From assembly GCF_006345805.1 (NCBI RefSeq), contig NW_021835326.1, positions 1 to 41,948 on the forward strand: 41,948 nucleotides of DNA, read 5' to 3'. Below, one piece after another: positions 1 through 12,009 of this stretch (positions are counted from its first letter, which is position 1; every line of letters starts with the position of its first letter). The notes beneath the pieces are model-generated. The model made no database searches and was not told where the DNA came from. It saw only the letters and a program-made list of their open reading frames with translations. Position numbers and translations under genes: made by a program. Source of the stretch: Octopus sinensis. Its lineage: Eukaryota.

Positions 1-97
1 GTGGATCATTATAGCTGGTTATCGTTCGTCATTGAGCCGAGGAGTCCGTCATTAAATCACCGTAGCTTCAGATTTGATTTCTTTAGCCATTTATTTA

Positions 98-484
98 TTT
101 TACTTGTTGAAGTCATTTGACTACTGCCATGCTGGAGCACCGCCTTTAGTCGAAAAATTCGCCTCCCCCACCAGGACTTATTCTTTGTAAGCCTAGTACT
201 TATTCTATCGGGCTCTCTTTTGCCGAGCCGCTAAGTTACGGGGGCGTAGACACACCAGCATCGGTTGTCAAGAGATGTTGGGGGAACAAACACAGACACA
301 CAAACATATACACACACATACATATATAAACATGTATACGACGAGCTTCTTTCAGTTTCCGTCTACCAAATCCACTCACAAGGCTTTGGTCGGCCCGAGG
401 CTATAGTAGAAGACACTCGCCCAAGCTGCCACGCAGTGGGTCTGAACCCGGAACCATGTGGTTGGTAAGCAAGCTACTTACCAC
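98..484 (-). mobile_element. tRNA-derived SINE, family A, near full length
   Basis: The minus strand starts with a tRNA-like head (GGTAAGTAGCTTGCTTACCAACCACATGGTTCCGGGTTCAGACCC), then a conserved body, a (TG/TA)n spacer and a 3' part. The same sequence recurs at 2637, 2923, 29655, 30325 and 37168. Confidence 0.9.
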
Positions 485-744
485 CATGCATTTATTTATC
501 TGCTATCTTTTGTCGTTTCTTGACGTTGTTTCAACCATTGGACTTTGAGCTATGCTAGGGAGCTCCGTCTTCAAGGGTTTTAATATAACAAACTGGTCCC
601 AGTATTTATGATTTTTCCCCAGTCATCCACTTATCTTCAATGCTTCCTTTTGCCTAATCTTTATGCTACGTGTTCATAAACAGCTTGGTACCCATTGTCA
701 AGCGATGTTGAGTGACAAACTCTGGCACAAATACATCCATAGAT

Positions 745-914
745 CGCTAGCCACTACACATTCTCTATTTTCTCTCCTTGTTCCTTTCGTGGAAGAGCGT
801 AGGCTCGAAACGTTAAAGACTTTTTCACTTGCCGAGCTTTATACTAATACATCTGTTTGTTTTCTACACCACCTTTCTTCGTCTTTTGTTTTTTTTGTTG
901 TGAATTCTCCCCCC

Positions 915-915
<1 letters not shown>
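745..915 (+). mobile_element. Short repeat carrying a hammerhead-like motif next to (TA)n; probably a Penelope-like pLTR derivative
   Basis: GAAGAGCGTAGGCTCGAAACGTTAAAGAC and the downstream ATACTAATAC...TTCGTCTTTTGTT are shared with 25770-25970. Both copies end at a (TA)n tract. Confidence 0.55.
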
Positions 916-961
<46 letters not shown>

Positions 962-1089
962 CATAGTTAATCCAAACATGAAAACACAAAGTGAAAAACA
1001 CAACAGCAGAAACAGTAGAACTGAAAGAGAGTCAGAGATAGAAATAGAGAGAGAAAACAGAGAGGGAGAGAGAGAGAGAGGAGCTGAGG

Positions 1090-1292
1090 GAGTCGATAAC
1101 CTGTGTCGAACACGTGCGAAAGGGATTGAGACAGGCCACTTTATCTCCAGACACGGGTTGGTAAGTTATTTTAACTTCCACCTGCTGAGAAAGATCTGTC
1201 TGGAGAAAAGGTACCTGCCTCTGGGTGTGTACGGAAGAAGATAGATAACTGTGGTAAGGAAGTTGAGCATGAATGGGGCCGTGCTAGTGTAG
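1090..1292 (+). mobile_element. 3' end of a decayed L1/Tx1-like ORF2
   Basis: Translates as NLCRTRAKGIETGHFISRHGLVSYFNFHLLRKICLEKRYLPLGVYGRR*ITVVRKLSMNGAVLV*. The internal TAG is one change from Trp. It resembles the F..HL.RKI..E...L......RW C-terminus of L1/Tx1 ORF2 (recognised from memory, not searched). Confidence 0.45.
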
Positions 1293-2636
1293 CCGGTCAA
1301 GACGAAAAATAGGGAAAAAACGGAAAAAAATTTCAAAAATACAAAAACAGAGAATTAACCAATGAATAAAAAGCCGGCGGGTCAAAAAGAACCCACGGAC
1401 AATATCTTTATATAATTATATTTTTTTTCGCATTTTCCATTTTCATTGTAAATTTCGATTTTCAATCCCGATATACGAATTATCAGCCCGTGTAAGACTG
1501 TCCTTGTTTCGTCCCCTCTGTTCTAACCTCTCCATTTTTGCCCTTTATAGGCGAACAAAGAAATACAGAGTTGCCTCACTGAGCTGCATCTTCTTTTGGC
1601 CGCTGCTTTTTGGTGAGTTTAATTTGTTATTAATTTATTTTTCATTGTTATTGCACAGTTTGTTGTACTTGTTGAAATTCGAACTGTTGTTAATTTGAGA
1701 ACTGATATTTTCGCACTGCGGGGAAGAAGTTTTCTGGAAGTTTTCATATTGTCGGAAACAACTGCTATTTGAACTTGGGATTTGACCTCTTTGATTTTTT
1801 TTTTACTCTTTGCAAGATTAAAAATATTATTTTTGTCATTTTTTGTAAAAAAAAAAAGGATATTTTTTCAATTCCATTTTGAAGGAATTCATTTTGTAAT
1901 AGAATTCAACGTCATGTCTAGGGAGGATTTTCCAGAGATGAATAAGGTACCAGGCAAAGAAGCCGACAATGCAAAGCAATTGCTTGGGGCGAAACCTAGA
2001 TTTTCGGTCGCCGTAGGCGGGAATATGTTAGAACTAGAGGTAATGATAGCGGAATTGTTTAAGTACCGAAATTTAGTGAAGACATTAAAGACAGGATGAA
2101 TAAAAAGCGTGATTTATGAGGATTAAATATCTACCCGAACCCCGTACTCGGTAGTTACATTTAATCAATTTCTTTAATCAAAATCTTTTTGACATTCCCT
2201 TTACTGTCTTTGGTCTTTATTTTTTCTACTTTGCAGTTTATGACCGGAGGCAAAGTTTCAAACCTAACCTCCGGCCCGCTTGGTTCAATATCTGATTTTT
2301 TTCCTTATAACAACTATACTTTTTTTGTATAATAAATAAGAGATATTAACTATAAATCGCAAAGAAATATTTCAATTCTTCGCCATAATAAAATCATAAA
2401 AATTCATTGTTTTTGACCAAGAATCTCCTCGTAATTTTGTATATTAGGATACACAAACCCAATAAGTCTTATTGGAAATGGGAATCCGAATATCGATAAG
2501 AAATTACACGAAAGAGATTCCTGCCCCCCCCCCCCAAAAAATGGATTTTTGTAATTTTATTATGGCCAATAATGGAAACATTTGTATGTGATTTATAATT
2601 ACTTATACGCGGCGAGTTGGCAGAAACGTTAGCACA

Positions 2637-2638
2637 AT

Positions 2639-2675
<37 letters not shown>

Positions 2676-2838
2676 CGATGGGCTTCTTTCAGTTTCCGTC
2701 TACCAAATCCACTCACAAGGTTTTGTTCGACCCGAGGTTATAGTAGAAGACACTTGCCCAAAGTGCCACGTAGTGGGACTGAATCGGAACCATGTGGTTG
2801 GTAAGCAAGCTACTTACCACACAGCCACTCCTGCGCCT
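2637..2838 (-). mobile_element. SINE family A, 5' half
   Basis: Head ends at CCACACAGCCACTCCTGCGCCT on the + strand; the copy is truncated at a (CA)n tract. Confidence 0.9.
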
Positions 2839-2922
2839 ACATATATATATATATATATATATTATATAATAACAATTTAACAAATAAAACATATGCATAC
2901 ATACTCTTTTACTCTTTTGTTC

Positions 2923-3312
2923 TTTTACTTGTTTCAGTCATTTGACTGCGGCCATGCTGGAGCACCGCCTTTAGTCGAGCAAATCGACCCCGGGACTTAT
3001 TCTTTGTAAGCCCTGTACTTATTCTATCGGTCTCTTTTGCCGAACCGCTAAGTGACGGGGACGTAAACACACCAGCATCGGTGTCAAGCAATGCTAGGGG
3101 GACAAACACAGACACACAAACACACACACACACACATATACATATATACGACAGGCTTCTTTCAGTTTCCGTCTACCAAATCCACTCACAAGGCATTGAT
3201 CGGCCCGGGGCTATAGCAGAAGACACTTGCCCAAGATGCCACGCAGTGGGACTGAACCCGGAACCATGTGGTTGGTTAGCAAGCTACTTACCACACAGCC
3301 ACTCCTGCGCTT
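2923..3312 (-). mobile_element. SINE family A, full length
   Basis: Same organisation as 98-484. Confidence 0.92.
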
Positions 3313-3360
3313 ATACATATATATATGTACATACCTACATCTATATGTATATATACATGC

Positions 3361-3389
<29 letters not shown>

Positions 3390-3391
<2 letters not shown>

Positions 3392-3580
3392 GAGTACAGG
3401 ACACCACAAATAAACGTAGAACACAACAACGAGAAACGAAAACATAAAAAACAAGGAAACGGACTTTTTTAACAACGAAAAAACAGAGTACAGGACAAAC
3501 AATACACGGAATATTCCCCTTCATCAGCTGCCCCTGGTTCGACTCAATGCGTGTTTCGAAGGTAAGGGCAGAACACGATC

Positions 3581-3585
<5 letters not shown>
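3390..3585. repeat. Short interspersed repeat between two (TA)n tracts
   Basis: Non-microsatellite island bounded by (TA)n. It contains a CTGCCCCT...AAGGGCAG hairpin, with CTGATGA and GAAAC on the minus strand. Confidence 0.4.
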
Positions 3586-3631
<46 letters not shown>

Positions 3632-3633
<2 letters not shown>

Positions 3634-3884
3634 AATTAAGGACTGAACACGAAAAGTGGACAGTCAACATGCTAGATATAGACGTCAAATCGCCATTCTC
3701 CATAAAAGATTATGTTCTCAGATCAAACTCAACACAAAACCATAGCAATAAACAAGTGAAAATATACGAAATAAATATTTGTGCTGAGTTTGATCTGAGA
3801 ACATAATCTTTTGTGGAGAATGGCGATTTGACGTCTATATCTAGCATGTTGACTGTTCACTTTTCGTGTTCAGTCCTTAATTGG
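3632..3884. mobile_element. MITE-like palindromic element: 107-bp inverted arms, 39-bp spacer, TA on both sides
   Basis: 3632-3738 is the reverse complement of 3778-3884 with 3 mismatches. Ends read TA|CCAATTAAGG...CCTTAATTGG|TA. Confidence 0.8.
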
Positions 3885-3973
3885 TATATATAAATATTTT
3901 AATCTTCGGATTTTTTTAATATGCTAGACCACTGGTTCTAATTGATAAATATCAATTTCTACCCTAAATTATT

Positions 3974-4009
<36 letters not shown>

Positions 4010-4269
4010 GAGATGTCGCTGAAACATTCCTGGTTTCTTGTAAGAGAAAATACAGGAGGATCAATTAATTATTATTTTATTCAACATATTCTTCTTACAG
4101 GTTCATACTAATTGAGGCGATCCTTTAATTTTTCTTAGACTTTCACGATACCCTTACAGCCAGGAACTTTACAGAACTCCCTCATATGTTTGTGTGTATG
4201 CATGTATGTGTGTGTTTATGAGTGCATGTTTGTATGTGCTTGTGTGTGTATCTGTGCTTATGTATGTGT

Positions 4270-4410
4270 GAAGGTGTGTGGCTCAGTAATTAGGGAATTT
4301 GTCTCACGATCGGGTGGTCATGAGTTCGATAGCCGGCGGCGCATTGAGCCAAACATAAGACTTTTTTCTATTTCACGTAACCTCAATCCACTCAGCTGGA
4401 ACAAAATTAA
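4270..4410 (+). mobile_element. Diverged SINE family C
   Basis: GTGTGGCTCAGTAATTAGGG...GAGTTCGATAGCC head followed by ATTTCACGTAACCTCAATCCACTCAGCTGG, as in 40498-40750. Confidence 0.65.
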
Positions 4411-4520
4411 TTTGTGTTCGTCGGCCTGATTATTTGACTGGTACTTGTTTATTGACCCCGAAATTATGAAAAGAAGAGTTGCCCCGCCTGGGATTGAACT
4501 CAGAAAGCGAAGAGTTACTA

Positions 4521-4725
4521 AGGCGGTGAGCTGGCAGAAGCGTTAGCACGGTGGAGAAATGCTTAGCAGTATTTCGCCCGTCGCCACGTCCCAGTTCAGT
4601 TTCCGCCGAAATCGACTTCGCCTTCTATCCTTTCGTGGTGGATTAAATAAGTACCAGTTACGCACTGGGGACGATGTAATCGGCTTAATCCCCTCCACCA
4701 AGCCGACCTTGTGGCAAAATTTCCA
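4521..4725 (+). mobile_element. SINE family B, diverged monomer
   Basis: GGCGGTGAGCTGGCAGAAGCGTTAGCAC head and CCTTCTATCCTTTCGTGGTGGATTAAATAAGTACCAG body. Confidence 0.85.
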
Positions 4726-4754
4726 TCATCATTAATATTACTATCGCTGTTATT

Positions 4755-4790
4755 GTAGTTATTATTATTATTATTTTTATTATTATTATT

Positions 4791-4856
<66 letters not shown>

Positions 4857-4890
4857 AGTAGTAGTAGTAGTGTAGTAGTAGTAGTAGGTG
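4755..4890. repeat. Compound microsatellite (ATT)n-(GTT)n-(AGT)n
   Basis: Seen directly. Confidence 0.95.
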
Positions 4891-5734
4891 ATGGTGGTGG
4901 AAGGGCGGAGGAGTGTTTAGAAGTAATCGCAACTTCAGCAACAGCAACAACCACTTAACCAACAAGAGCAATAACAAAAGAAAGAGAGAAAGAGTGAGAG
5001 GAGGGAGAGAGAGAGAGCGAGAAAGAGAGTCAAGCGAATACGCCAACAACAAAACAAAGAAAGGGTTAGCATGCAACAACAAAACAGGCAGAACAATTTG
5101 CAAATGGGGCCCTCCGGTAAAGACGAATGTTAAAGGTAAACTGTGCATACGTGTCGGGAACCAGCAAGACAGAAGGTTGTAATGCGTACGCTATCATAAA
5201 ATATATATTTAACACACATATACATACAGCATATAAAGATATATACAAACGTATATATACATTAGCATATATATAAATATATATATGTTATGGGGGATTT
5301 CTAAGCGAGTCAGTGGAACAAAGAGTGCCAAAAACGATATGAATACGGGGGTTAATGGAAGCTGACAAGACCCTCTTAACTTTTATTCAAGGAAAATCTA
5401 AGAATAACAATACGAAAATAAGGGGGGAAAAAAAGAGCGAAAATGCAAATGAATTGCAAGGCTGATGACGAATGTCTGCACCCGTAACATTACTTTAGGT
5501 AACTTGCACTCATCCACCTTTTGTCAAGAAATTGCAGCCCGTTGTATACAATGAGGGCGGCTACATCCGCTGTTATTTATATTTTGTTATTTTCTTCATT
5601 CTTCCCGCCGTTATTCATCTAGTTTCACTTTCGGTTTCAATTCATTAACATTATTGTTGTGCATGCCACTGCTGCTGGTGGTGACGTTGTTGTAGTAGTT
5701 ATTGTTGTTGTTTGCAGTTTTGTTGCTGCAGATG

Positions 5735-5810
<76 letters not shown>

Positions 5811-5860
5811 CATTATTATTATTATTATTATTATTGCTATTATTATTATTATTGTTAATT
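5735..5860. repeat. (ATT)n microsatellite
   Basis: Seen directly. Confidence 0.95.
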
Positions 5861-7650
5861 ATAATGTAGTGTGTTGTCATGATCAGGATTCAGTATCATC
5901 GTCATCATCAGCATCATGATCATCACTTACATCACCACCACCACCAACATCATCATCAATAGTATCCTCTCCATAACAGTCGTCACCATTGTCATTCCTA
6001 TTATCAACATCATCATCGTCATCATCACCATTGGCACTTTGTTATTATTACCATTTTGTTCGTGATATTATTGCTGTTGATATTCCAGTCGATATGTATT
6101 GTTGTAGTGGCCATCGTTATAATTAATCTAGTTTATAATTCTTATCGCTAGAAATGTTATTTCCGTTATTATAATATTTGAGACAGGCATGCACATACAC
6201 GCTCGCGCACTCACATACAGAGGTATACATGTGTGAATATACCTGTGTGTATATATATATATTATATATATATAAATATATATAATATTATATATATATA
6301 TGTGGATGGATATACATATACATGTATATATATATTATAATATATATATGTATATAGCATGTAATATATATAATGTACTGTATGTGTGTATATATATATG
6401 TATACCTACACACACGCTCGTGCGCGCTCGCACTCGTTTAGCTATCCTTATATCTGTTTGTATGTCTAATTAACAATCTGTCTGTATATGCGTGGAATTA
6501 TGTGTGTTTATATATGTAAGTATTTATGTAAGTATAAAACTATATGTATTTATGCTTATATATATATATATAAGCGTTTGCATTTACACACACTCACATA
6601 CATATACACATGTATAGAGTGTTTGAATTATATGTATATAGATACATATATATAAATATATATATACGTATATGTTGTGAAGATGTATATATGTATGTAA
6701 AGAAGTGTATATACATGTAAATGTATATATATACATACATATATATGTGGGTGTGTGTGCATGTATTGCATGTATGTGTGTGCATATAAATTTATGTGCA
6801 TATATTTAGGTATATACGTTCACTTCTTTCGTAATATATTTTTTCTCTCGTCCTTCTGTTCAGCATTTTTATGTGCCACCCTCCTCTCCCCTCTGTGCCC
6901 TTCTCAAGGAATCCAGTAAGATTCCCTTCCTTTCCCTTCCCTATGTCCTATTCCTACATTCGGCATTTGGAACTTCAAGTCATTCAGCATTTCTATATAT
7001 CAATTTAACTGTCTGCCAACCCTACCTCCGCATCCTTTCTATATACCTGTTGTCTATTTTACCAAACTGTCCATCTATTTTCTCTGTCTCTCCTCCGTCT
7101 CTTCTCTCTCTGTCTAACTCATTCCCTCAGTCCGTCTATCTAGAAGCGTACATTTGGCCTTGGGCGTAAAACGTTTACGTACAGCCGCCTTGGCGCCGCT
7201 TATTTGGCGTCGCTATTTCGACGTTGACTTTTGTGACACGAGACATAAATATTGCTTCTCTCCTTTTGATGTTTAATTTGTTATATCATCCATCGTCTCC
7301 CCTCATCCCTTTTCCCCACTTCATCCTCTTGCATCCTCATTCTCTCTCTCTCTCTCTCTCGCTCTCTGTTCATGTGAGCGAGCATATGTCTGTTTATGCG
7401 TATGAGGAAGGACAGGTGTTTAGGTCAATCGTGTTCATTGAATAAATTATATATATATATATATATACACTACATACAGACATGTGTATATATGTATATA
7501 TGAACATACGTGTATATATGGTATGTATGCAAGTATGTCTGTATGCTCATATGTATGGGAACACCAAATTAGGCGTCATATAATTTAAGGATATTTTAGA
7601 AAAAATGCATTTTAATTTTAGTATTTCATACTGAACTTAGACAAACTATA

Positions 7651-8054
7651 CTTTCTACAAGAGGCTCAAAGGCATGAATTTATTTTTTTTGGTGAGGGGA
7701 CTAGTCGATTAGATCGACCCCAGTACGCAACTGGTACTTAATTTATCGACTCCGAAAGGATGAAAGGCAAAGTTGACCTCGGCAGAATTTGAACTCAGAA
7801 CGTAGCGGCAGACGAAATACCTATTTCTTTACTACCCACAAGGGGCTAAACATACAGAGGACAAACAAGGACAGAGAAACGGATCAAGTCGATTACATCG
7901 ACTCCAGTGCGTAACTGGTACTTATTTAATCGAGCCCGAAAGAATGAAAGTCAAAGTCAACCTCTGCGGAATTTGAACTCAGAACGTAAAGACAGACGAA
8001 ATACCGCTCAGCATTTCTCCCGGCGTGCTAACGTTTCTGCCAACTCGACGCCTT
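7651..8054 (-). mobile_element. SINE family B dimer
   Basis: A full unit at about 7821-8054 plus a 5'-shortened unit at 7651-7820 that ends in an alternative tail. Confidence 0.9.
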
Positions 8055-8874
8055 CAAAGACAAACTATAGCTAAACGCAAAATTTTATCGCATGAAATGC
8101 TATCGCGGACAATTCGTCTCTGACTTACAGTATACATTTCAACGGATAGGTGCTCAAGTTGGATACTCGGTAACAACTACAAGCCATAATGTTGATACCT
8201 TATTGAAACTGGTGCATATGTTGACTATCATCTGTTAAGTGGTCCACGAAAAGCCACTAACATCGGTGAGGTGATGGGCGATACGTTCATTCTTTTTAAA
8301 ACAAATTACATTGCATTACTGTATCTCTATAAAAATTAACCCAACATTATCATATTTTAGACTCTGTAGTATAAAGAATCCCGTTTCGTTGAAACCGGTG
8401 TGGTTGCCCTAATTTTGCTCTGGAGTTTAACTATTCAAATCTGATCAGCTGTTAGGAAACGCCATGATCTTATTTGATCAGAGATTGAGGTCAAATATAA
8501 ACTCTATATCGTAATAAAATATTTAGTGTGTGATCTTGACTTAAAATTAATCGAAACAACACAATGTTTGAGTGTGCATCTAAGGTATAAGGGACAAATC
8601 AGTATAAATGATGAGGAGCATCTTTGACCTCTTCGCAAGAGTTAAGGAACAGATGTGAAGATCTGGAGATCTTCGCTCAGACTATGATTATTTAACTAAG
8701 CATCGTAGTTGATTTTCAATATGAAGAAAAGAATTCGAAGCATTCTCTATAAATGGCCGTTGCGGATTGCTTAAAGCTGTGCGCATTAAGCCGGAATTAA
8801 ATCTGATAAAACACTGTCCACAAACATTTTATTGGTCATAAATCCGACAGAGAACGCATGGAAATGCATTTCTG

Positions 8875-9501
8875 AGGCGGCGAGCTGGCAGAAACGTTAG
8901 TACGCCGAGCGAAATGCTTAGCGCTATTTCGTCTGTCTTTACGTTCTGAGTTCAATTTACGCCGAGGTCGACTTTGCCTTTCATCCTTTCGGGGTCGATA
9001 GATTAAGTATCAGTAACGCACTGGGGTCGATATAATCGACTTAATCCCTTTGTCCTTCTTTTTCCCCTCTATGTGTAGCCCCTTGTGGGCAATGAAGAAA
9101 TAAGAAACGTTAGCACGCCGAGCGAAACGCTTAGCGGTATTTCGTATCTTTACGTTTTGAGTTCAAATTCTGCCGAGGTCGACTTTGCCTTTCATCTTTT
9201 CGGAGTCGATTAAATAAGTAGCAGTTACACACTGGGGTCGATATAATCGACTTAATCCGTTTGTCTGTCCTTGTTTATCTCTTTGTGTTTAGCCCCTTGT
9301 AGGTAGTAAAGAAATAGGTATTTCGTCTGTCTTTACGTTCTGAGTTCAAATTCCGCCGAGGTCGACTTTGCCTTTCATCCTTTCGGGGTCGATAAATTAA
9401 GTACCAGTTGCGCACTGGGGTCGATGTATATCGACTTAAGCCCTTTGTCTGTCCTTGTTTGTCCCCTCTGTGTTTAGCCCCTTGTGGGCTGTAAAGAAAT
9501 A
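8875..9501 (+). mobile_element. SINE family B trimer
   Basis: Three head-to-tail units starting near 8875, 9104 and 9318. Each has GAGTTCAAATT (B-box-like) and CCTTTCATCCTTTCGGGGTCGATAAATTAAGTACCAG. Confidence 0.92.
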
Positions 9502-10229
9502 ATGAAATGCATTGCTATGCGTAATCAACAGAAAAAAAATCAGGAAGTACAATGAATTGCTTGATAGTATGATAGACAAAATGTGACAAGAAATTCTAAA
9601 TTATGTGAGCACCAAAACTATAGTTTCAATAGTTCGTAGATCTGATTTCGTTTCCAGAAATTACGGAAACCTGAGTACATATTGGTATCATATGACTTCG
9701 TTCTTCATTGTTTTTGAAGCATGCACTGCATTTTATTGGAAAAAATTAAGTCTAAACGATTTCAGTTAATGAGACATTCACTTTTACTGGCGCCGTTGAT
9801 ACCATCAATAATTGCATTAAACTGATTTACACTTCTCGTTTTTAAATTTACAATATTTGAAATAATAAGGAATTCTCTTTCTCTCCTTGTGTAGTTTGAT
9901 TAGTAAGTAGTTATAGGAGAAAATAATTAACTCCTACTCATCCGTTTAAATTGTGTGAAACATTGAATATTATGTATGTATGTGAACATGTATTCATATC
10001 TGTCTATATATGTATGTGTCTAATATATAATCACACACCCATCCATATATATATACATACATATACACATACAGACATATATATGTTAGTATGTGTGTGT
10101 GTTTATATATGTGTTTATATATATATGTATATATGTATGTATCTATGCATATATAGATGTATATATATATGTAGATATATAATATATATTTATGTATGTA
10201 TGTATCTATGGATATATACATGTATATAA

Positions 10230-10280
<51 letters not shown>

Positions 10281-10286
10281 CGTCGT

Positions 10287-10325
10287 AAGAAATTTGAAAA
10301 GCTAAACGCGAAACCGGTCTTTCTT
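10287..10325 (+). ncRNA. Highly degenerate minimal hammerhead-like fold
   Basis: AAGAAA-TTTGAAAA-GC TAAAC GC-GAAAC CG GTC-TTTCTT: a 6-bp stem I, palindromic ACCGGT stem III and GUC site, but the CUGANGA core is damaged. Confidence 0.3.
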
Positions 10326-10611
10326 CTAAATTATGTCATTGTAAGGAAAAAAAAAATTTAATATCTTCAAACATATTGACGCAAATATATATATTTTTTA
10401 ACCTTTAAGCCTTCTGTAGTTTTTTCACTTTTTACTATTTTCTATATATTCAACCACGTGCTTTCACAAACCAACTTTCTTATCTATCTATCTATATATA
10501 TATATACTTATATACATAGATGTTTGAAACAGGTACGCTTACATACAGGTAACTTTAACTGCAAGCTTTTAAGGGGCACTCGTACATTTCTGGCACTTAT
10601 GTGCATGCATG

Positions 10612-10673
<62 letters not shown>

Positions 10674-11039
10674 CTACGTATATGCTTTTGTAGATGAAGC
10701 CGTTTGGGTGTTTATCTTTTTTACTGGGGGGATTTTTCGCCCCTATCTGATATATATATTGTGTTTTTAACGCATCGCATCCATACGATATGTTATATCG
10801 GAACAGTTACTAAAGAAACTGGCCTATCGAGTGTGTATATTCATTAACTATGATACATAGATGGCCTGATGGATAATGTTGCCGGCACATTGTTAAAGAG
10901 GGCATGGCCATGGCTGGAATGGAGATTTGATCAGAATAATAATCGGTCAGCTTGATATTAGTTAGAAAAGCAACTACAACAGCTCCATCTGTCGACACAT
11001 TATCATCATCATAAGTGGCAGCTGTAGCAGCAGTATTGT

Positions 11040-11270
11040 CGACATCACCAGTATCTTTATTATCAAGAATGTCATCACCGTCATCATCATCATCACCATT
11101 ACCATCATGATCATCATCTTCAGCATTACGATCTTCATACCACTATCATGATGATGATCATCATCATCACCACTATCATCATCATCATTGTCATCACCAT
11201 CATTATCATCATCATTGTAATTGTCATTATCATCATAATTGTCATCATCACCATCATCATTGTCATCATC
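11040..11270. repeat. Degenerate (CAT)n tract
   Basis: Seen directly. Confidence 0.9.
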
Positions 11271-11276
11271 AATTGT

Positions 11277-11850
11277 GCGAGCTGGCAGAAACGTTAGCAC
11301 GCCGGGCGAAATGCGTAGCCGCATTCCGTCTGTCTTTATGTTCTGAGTCCAAATTCCGCCGAGGTCATTTTGCCTTTCATCCTTTCGGGGTCGATAAATT
11401 AAGTACCAGTTACGCACTGGGGTCGATGTAATCGACTTAATCCGTTTGTCTGTCATTATTTGTCCCCTCTATGTTTAGCCCCTCGTGGGTAGTAAAGAAA
11501 TAAGTATTTCGTCTGTCTTTACATTCTGAGTTCAAATTCCACCGAGGTCTACTTTGCCTTTCATCCTTTCGGGGTCGATAAATTAAGTACCAGTTATGCA
11601 CTGGGGTCGATAAATCGACTTAATCCGTTTGCCTGTCATTATTTGTCCCCTCTATGTTTAGCCCCTTGTGGGTAGTTAAGAAATAAGTATTTCGTCTCTC
11701 TTTACATTCTGAGTTCAAATTCCACCGAGGTCTACTTTGCCTTTCATCCTTTCAGGGTCGATAGATTAAGTTACGTCCTGGGGTCCATGAAATCGACTGG
11801 ACCCCTTCCTCCAAAATTTCGGGCCTTGTGCCTTGAGTAGAAAAGATTAT
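11277..11850 (+). mobile_element. SINE family B trimer
   Basis: Units start near 11277, 11504 and 11687 (183-bp period). The last unit ends in the alternative tail ...GGGCCTTGTGCCTTGAGTAGAAAAGATTAT. Confidence 0.92.
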
Positions 11851-12009
11851 CATTGTCATCATCAATCACATTTTCCCCTCCTCCTTATCATCATCATCAT
11901 CATGAGCAGCAGCAGCCGAAGGATCATGAAGAAAGTACCCCATCAATTACCCCCAACCAACTCAAAACCCAATATTTCATCTCTCCACTAAACACAGGAC
12001 CAAATCCTA

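Noticed and set aside
3505-3575. Possible type II hammerhead on the minus strand (GAAAC...GTC...CTGATGA-A-GGGG)
   Set aside because: Both core halves are present, but stem I does not pair and stem II relies on wobbles. Kept only as an unnamed repeat.
8605-8700. ATGATGA resembling a snoRNA C box
   Set aside because: No properly placed CTGA D box or terminal stem.
10858-10955. Possible plus-strand exon GLMDNVAGTLLKRAWPWLEWRFDQNNNRSA
   Set aside because: Poor acceptor context, no convincing donor and no recognised homology.
7651-11850. Regularly repeated units of about 185 bp that could be mistaken for a CRISPR array
   Set aside because: The units are SINE copies with tRNA-like boxes; there is no repeat-spacer alternation, no cas gene, and the context is eukaryotic.
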